DNA from: Paraspadella gotoi | Taxonomy: Eukaryota; Animalia; Chaetognatha | NCBI GenBank assembly: GCA_051294375.1 | Contig: CM119267.1 | Span: 5,461,386 to 5,525,385, forward strand | Direction of reading: 5' to 3' | DNA: 64,000 nucleotides | Shown here: one piece after another, positions 49,881 through 62,840 of the stretch | Position numbering within the stretch: the first letter of the stretch is position 1 | How the letters are laid out: every line of letters begins with the position of its first letter | The notes under the pieces: generated by a model | The model's input: only the letters and a program-made list of their open reading frames with translations | The model's database searches: none | Told to the model about the DNA's origin: nothing | Translations under genes and position numbers: made by a program

Positions 49881-50126
49881 TAAATAACTGATGATTTGTC
49901 GGTGCATGAAGTATTAAAACTTGATTTTCTTCCAATCCATCTGATTGAATTTAATATTTTTCCTTAAATACACTTTGGTTTTCGATATCTGAGTCTTTTT
50001 CCCTCCAACTTTCTTTTTTTTTTCTCTCCTTCTTCCAATCTAAAGAAATTAGTCTGAGGTTCAAGCAGCCGCCGGAGAACCATAAACTGAAAGCCAATGA
50101 GGCTTGATGTCCTTGAACCCAGGAAT

Positions 50127-50180
<54 letters not shown>

Positions 50181-50994
50181 CGTCAGCGTCGCCGTCGTCT
50201 TTGTTCCATTTATTCCTGTCTCTGTCATCGGCGACAGTCGGAGAGAGAAAAAGGGCGCAAGGAGGAATGAAGGGAATCACACGCAGATGGCGCTGGAAGA
50301 CACGTGGCGTTATTGTCGTCTTTTCTTTTTAATTCGTTATCATCGGTGAAGGACGCATTTCGAGCATTTTGAGAAATAGTTCATGCATTTCACCTTTGAA
50401 TCTGTTTTTCCATATCTTAATCCATTTATAATTGTTTTTTCCAATTTGCTTCTAAATTGGTAATTTTATAACATCAAACAAAAATGAAAAAGTGAAGGCT
50501 GTCTCTGTCTCTCTGTCTCTTAGTTCTCTCTCTCTCTCTCNNNNNNNNNNNNNNNNNNNNNNNNNNNNNNNNNNNNNNNNNNNNNNNNNNNNNNNNNNNN
50601 NNNNNNNNNNNNNNNNNNNNNNNNNNNNNNNNNNNNNNNNNNNNNNNNNNNNNNNNNNNNNNNNNNNNNNNNNNNNNNNNNNNNNNNNNNNNNNNNNNNN
50701 NNNNNNNNNNNNNNNNNNNNNNNNNNNNNNNGTTTTTTTTTCAACGATCAGACAAATCATCCTATTTTCATTTACATATATTGTGGTACTCATTACAGTA
50801 GTAGTACTCAGTACTTAGTACTTATTACTTTAATGGCAATTTTGTGCGCTGCCATTTTGTTAAAAGAAAGATTATTTACTCGTCTAGCAGATCTTATGAG
50901 TCTAAGTTTATTAATGTAAATAAAACAGTCCTCTATAGTATGTTTGTCTTATTTCAAGTACTATTAACTCTCTCTNNNNNNNNNNNNNNNNNNN

Positions 50995-51028
<34 letters not shown>

Positions 51029-54000
51029 GCGACGTCATTTTTGGCGTAGATATCTTCGTCTGTCGTAAAATTTGCATTTACGACCCCAAACACGCGGCGG
51101 CGACTGCGGCGGAGGCGTCGGCGACTGCGGCGCCCGGCGGCGACTGCGGCGGCGGCGGCGTGGCGCCGTCGAGAGCGGCGGCTGTGGCGGCGTCCGCGGC
51201 GCCGGAATAAAGACTCGTTTGGGGGCAAAAATCCGACGAAAATCCTTCTTTTATTCCGACCAAAGGTTGCGGCAACGAGAGAGGGCGGGACCGTCTGGAG
51301 GAGAGAGTGGTGACCGCTGAAGGCGTCGTCGCGGGTCGAAGAGCGTTCACTCTGGTCAGAGTGGGGACCAGCGGCGACACGCCGCCACGCCTCGCCGCCG
51401 CAACGCGGCTTCTTTCTATATCTCTCGTTGCTAGTCCTCAACACAACTCTCGTCTTTCAAACCCAGCACTCAGCTCTTCGGATGACGCACGATGCAGCGA
51501 ATAGATGAGTGTATTTGCAGATGAATGATGTATGATTGAATCGCTTCTGATGTGTGAATGATGTATGGATGATGATGTGAATGATGATGACTGATAACTC
51601 GAATTGGACTGCCCCTTCATTCGCAACGGCGGATTCTTACCGAACCTGACTCCTCAACCTCTCTGCCTACGAACACTGCGTTGGGCCCTTCTCCCAACCG
51701 CCATGACTGTGAGAGTTCCATTTGCCGCGGTCTNNNNNNNNNNNNNNNNNNNNNNNNNGGCGGCGGCGGCGGCGGGCGGTGTCGTGCAGATTCCGCGCTG
51801 GAGAATCGGACCCCCCGTTGTTTCCTTCGCCGATTTTTTTCCTTCGACGAATCAATTTCCAGTTCCACGATTCCGTTTTCAGGTCGGCGGAANNNNNNNN
51901 NNNNNNNNNNNNNNNNNNNNNNNNNNNNNNNNNNNNNNNNNNNNNNNNNNNNNNNNNNNNNNNNNNNNNNNNNNNNNNNNNNNNNNNNNNNNNNNNNNNN
52001 NNNNNNNNNNNNNNNNNNNNNNNNNNNNNNNNNNNNNNNNNNNNNNNNNNNNNNNNNNNNNNNNNNNNNNNNNNNNNNNNNNNNNNNNNNNNNNNNNNNN
52101 NNNNNNNNNNNNNNNNNNNNNNNNNNNTTCTTTTTCTTTGTTTTAAATCGCTCAACATCCACGCTTCCTCGTTTCGTGCTGCTCGCGTCATCGAATCTCT
52201 CCGCCATTTTTATTTTGTTTTATTTTATTTTTTTTTATCGTTTTTTCTTTCCCGCTATTTTCGTTTAATAACCCAATTGAAAGGGGCGATGGAGGGAGGG
52301 ACTGAGAGGCAGTGACAATGGACGCGAGTGTGAAAAAATATACTGTTAAAAAGACGTTAGTTTTCCCTCTCACTTCCGAAAGCCTCCTGAATAACGTCTG
52401 AATCTTCCAATTTGTGAGTCGTGAGATAAGCTCATCCATCTGTTGTTTTAACCAAGCGCATTAATTAAATACTACCAATTTTCTTCTCATGTCTTTACTA
52501 TGTATCGATTAATAAGTAAAGAAAACTGCTTCGTTTGTTGAAAAAAAATCGATGTCATAATCGTGTGATAATTTTTGTTTTCTTTACTCCTTACTCTTTT
52601 ATCTCTAATCTTAAATCTGTTTTTTTTTTTCNNNNNNNNNNNNNNNNNNNNNNNNNNNNNNNNNNNNNNNNNNNNNNNNNNNNNNNNNNNNNNNNNNNNN
52701 NNNNNNNNNNNNNNNNNNNNNNNNNNNNNNNNNNNNNNNNNNNNNNNNNNNNNNNNNNNNNNNNNNNNNNNNNNNNNNNNNNNNNNNNNNNNNNNNNNNN
52801 NNNNNNNNNNNNNNNNNNNNNNNNNNNNNNNNNNNNNNNNNNNNNNNNNNNNNNNNNNNNNNNNNNNNNNNNNNNNNNNNNNNNNNNNNNNNNNNNNNNN
52901 NNNNNNNNNNNNNNNNNNNNNNNNNNNNNNNNNNNNNNNNNNNNNNNNNNNNNNNNNNNNNNNNNNNNNNNNNNNNNNNNNNNNNNNNNNNNNNNNNNNN
53001 NNNNNNNNNNNNNNNNNNNNNNNNNNNNNNNNNNNNNNNNNNNNNNNNNNNNNNNNNNNNNNNNNNNNNNNNNNNNNNNNNNNNNNNNNNNNNNNNNNNN
53101 NNNNNNNNNNNNNNNNNNNNNNNNNNNNNNNNNNNNNNNNNNNNNNNNNNNNNNNNNNNNNNNNNNNNNNNNNNNNNNNNNNNNNNNNNNNNNNNNNNNN
53201 NNNNNNNNNNNNNNNNNNNNNNNNNNNNNNNNNNNNNNNNNNNNNNNNNNNNNNNNNNNNNNNNNNNNNNNNNNNNNNNNNNNNNNNNNNNNNNNNNNNN
53301 NNNNNNNNNNNNNNNNNNNNNNNNNNNNNNNNNNNNNNNNNNNNNNNNNNNNNNNNNNNNNNNNNNNNNNNNNNNNNNNNNNNNNNNNNNNNNNNNNNNN
53401 NNNNNNNNNNNNNNNNNNNNNNNNNNNNNNNNNNNNNNNNNNNNNNNNNNNNNNNNNNNNNNNNNNNNNNNNNNNNNNNNNNNNNNNNNNNNNNNNNNNN
53501 NNNNNNNNNNNNNNNNNNNNNNNNNNNNNNNNNNNNNNNNNNNNNNNNNNNNNNNNNNNNNNNNNNNNNNNNNNNNNNNNNNNNNNNTTAATTAATTAAT
53601 TAATTAATTAATTAATTAATTAATGATTTAATTATTTAATGATAAATAATTTCGAAAACGATATGATTAGAAAGTTTAATCCGTGGTTTGCCCCTACTAA
53701 ATGGCCTCAAGTCAAGCTGGTTGCTCGATTCCATTCAGACCCGGTTTTCTTCTAATACTATTAAGTTGCAGCACCACATTCCACCTCCTGCGGCCGAAGC
53801 GACGTCCACGGGAAACGATTTTAAAACGACCAAAAACGAGTTTGCTTAGGATTTTCGATCGTCGAATTAAATTCAGCGATGAGCCGATTAATAATTTAAT
53901 TTCTTTAAAAAAACACACATTTGAATTCGATGATTCCTCTCTCGTTCATTGCCGCCGATTAATGGGGTCCTTTTTGAAGGCTTTTTCGTCTTTGCGTCCT

Positions 54001-56417
54001 CTTCTCAGTCATTCTGGAGCCAGCCATGGAATTTTAAATTGTCTGTTTCATGTTTTAACGTTATAGTTAGTTAAGTTACAACCATACCTCATTATTTTAC
54101 GAAATAAAAACAAAAAAATTCTCGGCCGAGAAAGTTTTTTTTCTCTTCTTCAATTCCCGTCGTCGTGAAACCAAAAGTTTTTTTTACCAATTATTTATTT
54201 AAAAAAAAAACAAATCCCTCTTTTCCCTTCCCCCCTTCCGCCCTTCCCCCCTTTCCCCCTTCCGCCCTTCCCCCCATTCCCCCACGGGCCGCATTCTCTC
54301 TTCTACTCTCGGTTTCGTGTGAAGCATCGAAAGCCCTCGTATCGGGTCTCCTTTAGTCAGAAGGAAAACGAGCCGCCCGCCTTTTTCCCTCATCGTCTTT
54401 AGCCTTCCCCTCGGAAAAAAAAAACTCGGTCTTTCTCCCCCCCCTCCGAAGTTTTCCCCCCTTTTTTTTCCGCCATCAATCTTAACCCCGAAGGCGAAGA
54501 CTCTACCCCTCCACCCCCCTCCACCTCCCCCCACCTTCTTTCGACGTTTCATCTCTTCGCTCTCCTTCTTCTCACTTACCAATCGCATCACACTTTTTTC
54601 CCTTCCCCACCAACCGCGATTCCCTCCCCCCCCCCAGGGAAATCCCCCCCGCCCCCCAAAAAAACTCTGCCGCATTAAAAGTCGAGGGTTTCGTCGGTCT
54701 GGCGAGAGACGCGGCGACCCTCCGACCCGCGGCGAAGGAGAGGACTGCGGGTTCAGCTCAGAGAGAGAGAGAGAGAGTGGAGCTTCTTTCAACGCGGCTT
54801 TGTTGACGGCTTTCCAAGATTATCTTTCATTTTAATCTAAATATAGGAGCTTCTTTTATTTTCTATTTTATTCTATTTTAGAGTTCTTTTTTTGCGTTTT
54901 TCACCTTTTTTTATTTGCGCAGCAAGTACTCGCGCAGCTACTCTATAAGTCACTTTTAGGTCGGACGGTCTGTCGGTCGGTCGGTCCGTCCTTCGGTTCA
55001 TCCCACTTACGTTAAAAATGCTCATAACTTGCATATCGTCATGTCATATCATGTTGTCAAAGGGAAATACACGTAAAAATAAAGTCACTGCGGCGCAACA
55101 CATTGGAATTACCGTTCTTGTTTTTTAAATGTTTTTGGATGAGAGAGGAGCTTCTTACAACAGCTTTTGGATTAGAGTAGAGTAGAGTAGAGCCTCTAGT
55201 AGAGCCTCTAGTAGAGCCTCTAGTAGGGCCTCTAGTAGAGTCTCTAGTAGAGCCTCTAGAAGGGCCTCTAGTAGAGCCTCTAGTAGAGCCTCTAGTAGAG
55301 CCTCTAGTAGGGCCTCTAGAAGGGCCTCTAGTAGAGCCTCTAGTAGAGCCTCTAGTAGAGCCTCTAGTAGAGCCTCTAGTAGGGCCTCTAGTAGAGCCTC
55401 TAGTAGAGCCTCTAGTAGGGCCTCTAGTAGAGCCTCTAGTAGGGCCTCTAGTAGAGCCTCTAGTAGGGCCTCTAGTAGAGCCTCTAGTTGAGCCTCGACC
55501 TCTTCCAACTACTTTTTTGCTCGAATTTCTTTCAACGCATTTTCGGGCTTCCGAGTTCCGACTCTTCTTTCAAAGATAAACCTTTTTTTTAATTTTTTTT
55601 TCTCGGAATTTATTTCTCGTGTTCTTCAAGACCATAACATGACCTTTTTCCCAAACTTCGAATTTTTTTTCTCACATCTTCATTCGCGAAGAATTTTTAA
55701 AGTTCTTTCAAAAAAATTTCGTTCCGTCTTCGTGCAAAACTTCTTAATTACTAGTTACGGAAAAGTTACTGGTTTTCTGGACATTTTTTGAACTTTTTTC
55801 GGGATCAATGGGATTTTCAAAATAACCCATTATAGAGACTAATCAGAAAAGCTTTAATATATGTTTTTTCGATTGGTCATTATATTTCTCATTGGGGACA
55901 TGTTTGTGTTGTAGTTGGGGATTGCAACATCTTCACCCCGTCTATAGGCATGACATCTTCAGTCGTGACCCGGTGGCTCTTAGAATAAGTTGTGAAATAT
56001 GATTTTTAAATATCTGTAAATCGTGACTTCTTTCCCTCGATCTGTTTAAGCACCAAAATTATATTATTAAATTATAAATGATCATAACGCATCAATCATC
56101 AAGACTCAGTTCAAACATTATAAAAAGTTAAAAACAAGGAAAAACCATTTGTGAACAGGTATAAAATATTCATTACAAATAAGAACTTCCGTCGTAACTT
56201 TATCCGCCTTCAAAGACTAAATAATTCGAAATTTTAAAAAAACATAGAATTTTATAAAAAACAAAAATAAAAGCAAAGATAAAACAGAGAGGTTTTAGCG
56301 CGGAATCCACGAATTTGTTCACAATCGAAGACTCGATTACGCTTCGTTTGCGCAAGTCCTCAGCTGCCTCTCGGTTTTTGGCCGATATCCAATGGCTAAA
56401 GAGATTTGGAGGAAAAG

Positions 56418-56449
<32 letters not shown>

Positions 56450-56452
56450 CTC

Positions 56453-56505
<53 letters not shown>

Positions 56506-58668
56506 TTCCTTTTCCCTCCTTTCTTTTCGATTTCAATCAAGTAAATTGAACCTGATGTAATTTCTCGCGAGGGAAGGAATGAAAAAGTCCGACCGCCCTC
56601 GGCGAGGAAGACTCTTTTCCTTCAACGTCGAGGTAATGCCGTGCGGCATTAATGCACCATTAATTGACTGCACCGGACGGAGTGCATCGTAGAATGAAGC
56701 AAAGAGTATCTTTGAAAGGAAAGGTTGATGTCGGAGCGATTCCAAAGAGGATCGAAAGCGTCTCTCTTTTCGTCCTTGATGATAAAATCGACACGAAGAA
56801 CGAATTGTAAATCTTTCCTCTTCCCAGTAACGTAACAGCTTCGCCACTCAAAAAAAAGAATCCACTCTCAAACCATTCTCTTTTCGCCAGCCTTCGAAGA
56901 CGGACGTCTTTTATTCAACGCTCATATTTTATTCAATGTTAATCCGGAACGACGACAGAGCGCGAAGAAATTACTCGATACTTATTCTCCAATTTTCCCT
57001 CAAATGAACTTTTGTCAAAAGGAAGCGATGAAAACGCAAAACGAAAAGCAAAGGCGGGAAAAAAGAAGAAACACTACAAAGACACGCAAAAAAAAAACAA
57101 CAACAAGGTTTTTAATGAGGCCTCGATTTCGTATTCTCAACCACGTCGGAGAAAAAGTCTGTTTTCACAATCGCGCCATCTGCATTGCAAATTCAATTTG
57201 GTTTTTGTTTTTTTCTCTCTTTTGGTCGATTTCCTTATTTTTTCATTTCTTTTTTTTTTTTTTCATAAGCGGTGCTCTGCTTTTTTTTTTCACTTTCCTT
57301 ATCGATCGATCTTAATCTAGTACAATTTTTTCTTCAATTTCTCTTCCACTAACGAAAATAAAATAATTTTTGTTTACCTTAGGCTACTGCCCCCTCGTCA
57401 TAGTCCGCCCCCCCCCGTGGCGAAAACTCTTTATTGAACTCGAGTGAAGTTCAACGGGCTTCAACAGCCCTTCGACAACCTTCACCATCAGAGACTTCTT
57501 TCATCCTCAAAATATAATCGACTTTATTTTAGACGCGGGAGAGAGAGAGAGAGATAGACGAGAGGAGAGAGAGAGATTGAGAGTGAGATGATGAGTGAGA
57601 GAGAGAGAGAGAGAGAGAGGAGAGAAAGAGAAGAAGTGAGAGAAAAGATAAAAAAAGATTTCTCGACTGAGAAAACATCGAAGTTTCTCCGCGCTTCGCG
57701 TCTTCCTTCCCTTAATCGCCAAAATCGCTCCAGACTTACCCATTCGCTTCTCTATTACTTGACCTTACCTTTTGTCACTTGTCTTTTGCTACTTACCCTT
57801 AAAAATTGGGCCTTTTTTCTCGCAATTTGGTTTAACTATGTGACTCCATTCTAAACTTTTTCTCTTGAAAACACTTCTCAATTCTATATTTTACAAGAGG
57901 AAAAATCCAAAATTCAAATTAATCGAACACAAAAAAGGGTTTCCCTCATCCACCCATCCGTCCTCAAAAACAACGCCTTACCTTCGGTCTTGATCCAGAT
58001 GGCAGGCCTTTCCGAAGAGCAGGCGAAGTTGGCGGACGACCCGACAGGCACCGCCACCACGTGAGTTTCGAAAGGCGACGCCGCCGAGGAAAATCCTACT
58101 CTCGCCGTCAGGAGCGCAGCCGTCGCCGCAGCCGCCGCCGCCGTAGCGCGGGACGATGCCGACGCCGCCGCGGGCGACGCCAGCAGGGACAACACCGTCG
58201 CGAGGAGCGAGAGACGAAGGCGCGGGATCGTCGTCGTCATCGTTCGTCGAGACCCTGGCGGCGAAAATTGGGGAGAAATAAGGAAAAATAAACAGAAGAA
58301 CAATGTAAATAGGACAAAGAAGGNNNNNNNNNNNNNNNNNNNNNNNNNNNNNNNNNNNNNNNNNNNNNNNNNNNNNNNNNNNNNNNNNNNNNNNNNNNNN
58401 NNNNNNNNNNNNNNNNNNNNNNNNNNNNNNNNNNNNNNNNNNNNNNNNNNNNNNNNNNNNNNNNNNNNNNNNNNNNNNNNNNNNNNNNNNNNNNNNNNNN
58501 NNNNNNTAGAATCCCAATCTCTCTCTCTCTCTCCTTTCTCTCTTCTCTTTCTCATCTCCTCTTCTCTTTTCTCTTTCTTTCTTTCTATCTCTTCTCTTTT
58601 CTTTCTATGTCTCTTTCTCTCTTCTTTCTCTCTCTATCTTCTCTTCTTTCTCTTTTTCTCTCCTCTCC

Positions 58669-58707
<39 letters not shown>

Positions 58708-58887
58708 CTCTTCTCTCTCTCTCTCTTCTCTCTCTCTCTTCTCTTTCTCTCTCTCTCCTTCGCTACCCGTTCTCTTCTCTCTCGTCTCTCTCTTCTTCTC
58801 TCTCTTCTCTCTCTCTCTCTCTCGTCTCTCTCTCCTTCTCTTCTCTCTCGTCTCTCTCTCTTTCTTTCTCTGTTTTTTTTTCTCTCT

Positions 58888-58933
<46 letters not shown>

Positions 58934-59938
58934 ATTTCTCTCTCTCTCTTTCTCTCTCTCTTCTTCTTCATCTCTCTCATCTCTTCTCCCCTCTCTCTTT
59001 CTTCTCTCTCAAGCGAGGTGTCGCCGGATCAGAGGACTGTTGAAGGTCGCGCCGTTTCGTCCGGACGCCGGACGCGACCCATGGCGTCGACCCGTCGAGC
59101 GGACGTCACGAACAAAAGAGCGTGACGACCTTGGGACAAAGATGGCGTGACGGGCGACGCCGCCAACGGGACGCGATCGCATAAACGTGACAACGGGAAC
59201 CTGGACCGGGGCCCCTGGATCAAGGGGGGGGGGCGATGTCCTCGTGACGACCGGACGTCACGTGATCTTCTTTACACGAGTCACGTGACTAAAAAAAGGT
59301 CGACCTCGGTCGCCAAGAAACATAATCAAGTTTCGTCGATGATCTATCGACGCCTTTGACTTTGCAATCGACGCCGGCCGCCGACGAAACGACGCCGGAA
59401 ACGACGCCGCGGGACGGCGGCGACGACGAGGACTACTACGACGACGACGACGACGACGACGCCGAAAATCGTTTGCGGTTGAAAGCGGGAAAAAACGAGT
59501 GAAGTAGCGTCATCATCATCGCAGGCAAAAAGATTAGCGGTTTTTGTTGTTGTTGTTGGTTTTTTTTCTTTTCACTGTTTTGGAAAAACAGAGCAAAAAA
59601 AAAAAAACCAAAACAAAACACACACGCATAAGAACGGCATAAAAGACGCGAAACGCGATGAGAAAACAAACAAGTGAGAAATGGAAAGAGAGAGACGACG
59701 AAAGAGAGAGGAGGAGAGAGAGAGAGAGATGTGGATCGAGGATGAGAGAGAGAGAGAAGGAGGAGGGATGAGGAACGAGAGAATGGAAAAACAAGAGGAA
59801 CAATGCGTGTGGGAGGCGTACGGGTAAACAGAGTGACGCCTGTCGGCCCGAGACGAAGGCAAGGGAGAACCAAGGATCGCTTGTGTGACTGTGAAAAAAA
59901 AATATTCGTTCGGAATTTAAAAAAAAATATATGTATAA
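49881..59938 (-). repeat. Inverted, indel-divergent copy 3 of 22102-33028 (gapped; lacks the Penelope-like insertion)
   Basis: Colinear reverse-complement homology throughout, e.g. minisatellite, exons and introns. Confidence 0.92.
51078..58240 (-). CDS. IgSF receptor-like gene: signal peptide, Ig domain(s), Pro/Ala/Ser-rich C-terminus (best-preserved copy, gapped)
   Basis: Exon 58254-57982: [26 protein letters not shown]...[30 protein letters not shown], ending at a phase-1 gtaag donor (signal peptide plus Ig B-strand Cys and C-strand Trp). Last exon ...[27 protein letters not shown]. Internal exons and any TM helix are unresolved; joining the two ends into one gene is inference. Confidence 0.6.
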
Positions 59939-60569
59939 GAAATAATAATATAGATGAAAACGAAGCCGGTGGGAACGAAAAGTGATGAAACAATTGAACC
60001 AGGGATCTTTTCAGTATTAGTCGGTTTTTTTAAGTAACTCGATAGTAATAGTAAGAAGGTTTTAATATCCGGGAATTAATATATATTATTTACTCTGTAC
60101 AATGCGGGTCACTATTGCCAACCAACAAAAAAAAAATGTGCGGGCGACGTTTAACGCACCAAAATCTACTGTGCAGACGACTCTCGCCGATCGAAATCCA
60201 CTGTGCTCGCGAGGATTGACGATCCTCATGGCCGCGACCCACCCGAGTCGACGACCTCGCGCCGGATTAATTCGCTCGAATTCGCTTCAAATATTTTAGG
60301 AGAGAGAAAAAAATTGTGGAATATGAGTGTCGAGGGAGAGAGAGAGAGGTGAAGAGAGAAAGGAGAGAGAGAGAAGTAAAAGAAGAGAAGAGAAAAGACA
60401 GAAAAGAAGAGATAAAAGAGAGAGAAGAAAGAGGAGAAAAGAGAAAGGCGAGAGAGAAGAAAGAGGAGAAAAGAGTAAGAGAAAAGAGAGAGGAGAAAAC
60501 AGAAAGAAGAAGGAGAGAGAAAAGAGAGAGGAGAAAAGGAGAAAAGCCATGAACAAAATCAAAAATACG

Positions 60570-62840
60570 TTCGAAGAATGCTCGAGTAGTGCCGACAAGC
60601 CTTCAAGGGAACTCCCCTTTTCGGCGTCTTTTGTTGGACTTCGCCTTTCGTTTTGTTAAGACGAGATCAAGCTCGCTCTTAGTGCGGCGAAAGAGGAAGA
60701 GCATCACGACTTCAAGACGGCCGGCTTGATACCCTCTCCCAACTTAGCCATCCGAGATATCGACAAACCTTCTTCACGTGGGACATGAGCCACGCATTAC
60801 CCGACGAAGACCTCTCTAAGCCTCCTTCAGGGGAATGCAACGTCATCCGCCTTCAGAACGTCCTCCTCAACGAGCTCTGACATCGCACCAGCTGGTGGGT
60901 GCTGGTAAAAGGCTACTCACGCCGATTTTTCGCTCTGCCCACGATCCGCGCCCATAAGTCCGCCCCGACGGACACGAAGAAAAACAATCGCGAGATGAGC
61001 TTTTTCGCCAACCGTCACCATACGGACACTCATGATTTCACTCCTAAAGGCGCCAATTGTGAAATCATTCGTTCCCGACGATTTGCAAGAGGTTAGAATG
61101 GAAGACGAGGGCGTTGAACTTTTGTCGGGCTAGTTCCGATCGTCCGTGAGCAACATCCCTGGACATTAGCCGTCAGCCTCGCACTCTCGCGGGCTCAATT
61201 CTATGTCGACCACGTAGCTGTTTCATCGGTTGAAAAGCATTAGGCATCGACAGGACGCTCCGTATCCGCCGCAAGCACGGATTGACGACGACGCAGAAGG
61301 AAACGCGGACTTGACGCCCAACCTGTCCTTCAGCTGCAAAACCATCCCCTGACCGAACGACTACGCTGCCGTCCAACCACATTATCTCCCCCTCCACCGT
61401 CTTCAATCGCAACGTCTCCATCCCGTCTGACGTCCGTTTCGGCATGTTGACGAGAATCCATGCTCGCGCAAATATCGACGACGAAGATGTGGGCTGCGTT
61501 AGCCAGGAGTTGCCAGCCTTGGTCTGGCGGCTTTTGCTTCCCAAGCATCGCAGCCACGGCCTGTTGCCTATCCCCGCGGCTATCTCCAGGGACGACGTCG
61601 CAATTACATACTGGAACTGACGAGAGACAGAGTCTTCAATCAAACATCATCTTGTCTGCCAACGGAGAATTCAAATTGGCTAGCTCGATTATTGATTGAG
61701 CGTCTCGGGTCCTGGCTCTCTCTCAGTGCGCGGGATTTTTGCCAGTTTCGAATCTTCATGGAGTCTCGATAGATTGACGCGGAAGTGTGCGTGAATCGGC
61801 GGACTACGACGTGTGTGCCGCCGCTGCGTCCGCCAAAACGCAAGTAGGACGAGAATGGAAAGAATTGAGAGAAGAAGGAGTTTCTGCAGAGGGCCGGTGA
61901 TACAGTTTCTTGGCCGGAAAGCAGAGACTGTTTCAACCGTTCCATCACGCCTTCATCAACATTCGCGTTACGCTACACCGAGTGGGTCCGTGAGCTCAGT
62001 CATCCTCCCCCCCGTCACTGAGCCCTCTCTCCATACAAGCTCCTGTCAAAACTCCGTCTTCAAGCTCCATCTCCGTCGAAATGAGATTTTGGACGGACAC
62101 CAGCCATGAATCCGCCGTCACGTCGCTTCATATCTCCTCGTCAATTCGTCACGACACCAAGTGACGTCATCCGCCGGAACCACGGGAACCTCGGATGCGA
62201 GGAGGCGGGTGGGCCGTTGGAACGAAGCCGCATAGTCGTTCGCCCGCCGCCTGGAACTCCGACGCCCAAATCGCAGGTCGCTCAAAGTGAAGTTTTGCGC
62301 AACGCAATAAGGCGACCTCCTTCATGATGGATTCGTCGTGATGGGCGTCCCCACCTGAGAAACAGAGAGGGAGTGAATCCTCCCCACCAGGTTCCACGCC
62401 TACCACGCCCGTATAGCCTGCGGTTCCTGCCGCTGCGGCGTTTTGACACGCCGCAAACGCCGGCGGTCAATTTGAAAGGGACGTCTTCCGACTGATGCTG
62501 GTATGATGAACTGTCTTCTGCTCGCCTCAAGGCATTACAAATCGGCGTCATCCTCTGATGCGGCGCCGTTCGAGGGCAGCCTCTCTCCGCTGCAACTGGC
62601 GACGGGTTTTTAGCTCTCTCCGGCTCATCAACATGCCTTCCAGCCAGCAGCGCCAAGATCAGGCGACCTCTCTCTCCTCCCGTTTTTAGACTTTGACGCC
62701 CCAACTTCGCGATTTTAACGTTCAGCGTCCTACGCAGCCCTCTTGATCCGAGCCGAGGCCTATCCACGGCAAGTTCAATTCCAAATTGAAGTTGAAAGGC
62801 AAGCCCTTACCCCTAATCCTAGGTTCGAACCACTAATGGT
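60570..62840 (-). mobile_element. Decayed LTR-retrotransposon gag/aspartic-protease region
   Basis: Non-microsatellite GC-balanced block. IFVVDICAS (~61460-61490) resembles the retropepsin FxVDTGAS site and is followed, after a frameshift, by LRLKTVEGEIMWLDGSVVV...SFCVV. Possible broken CCHC knuckle ~61810-61850. No RT motif recognised. Confidence 0.5.
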
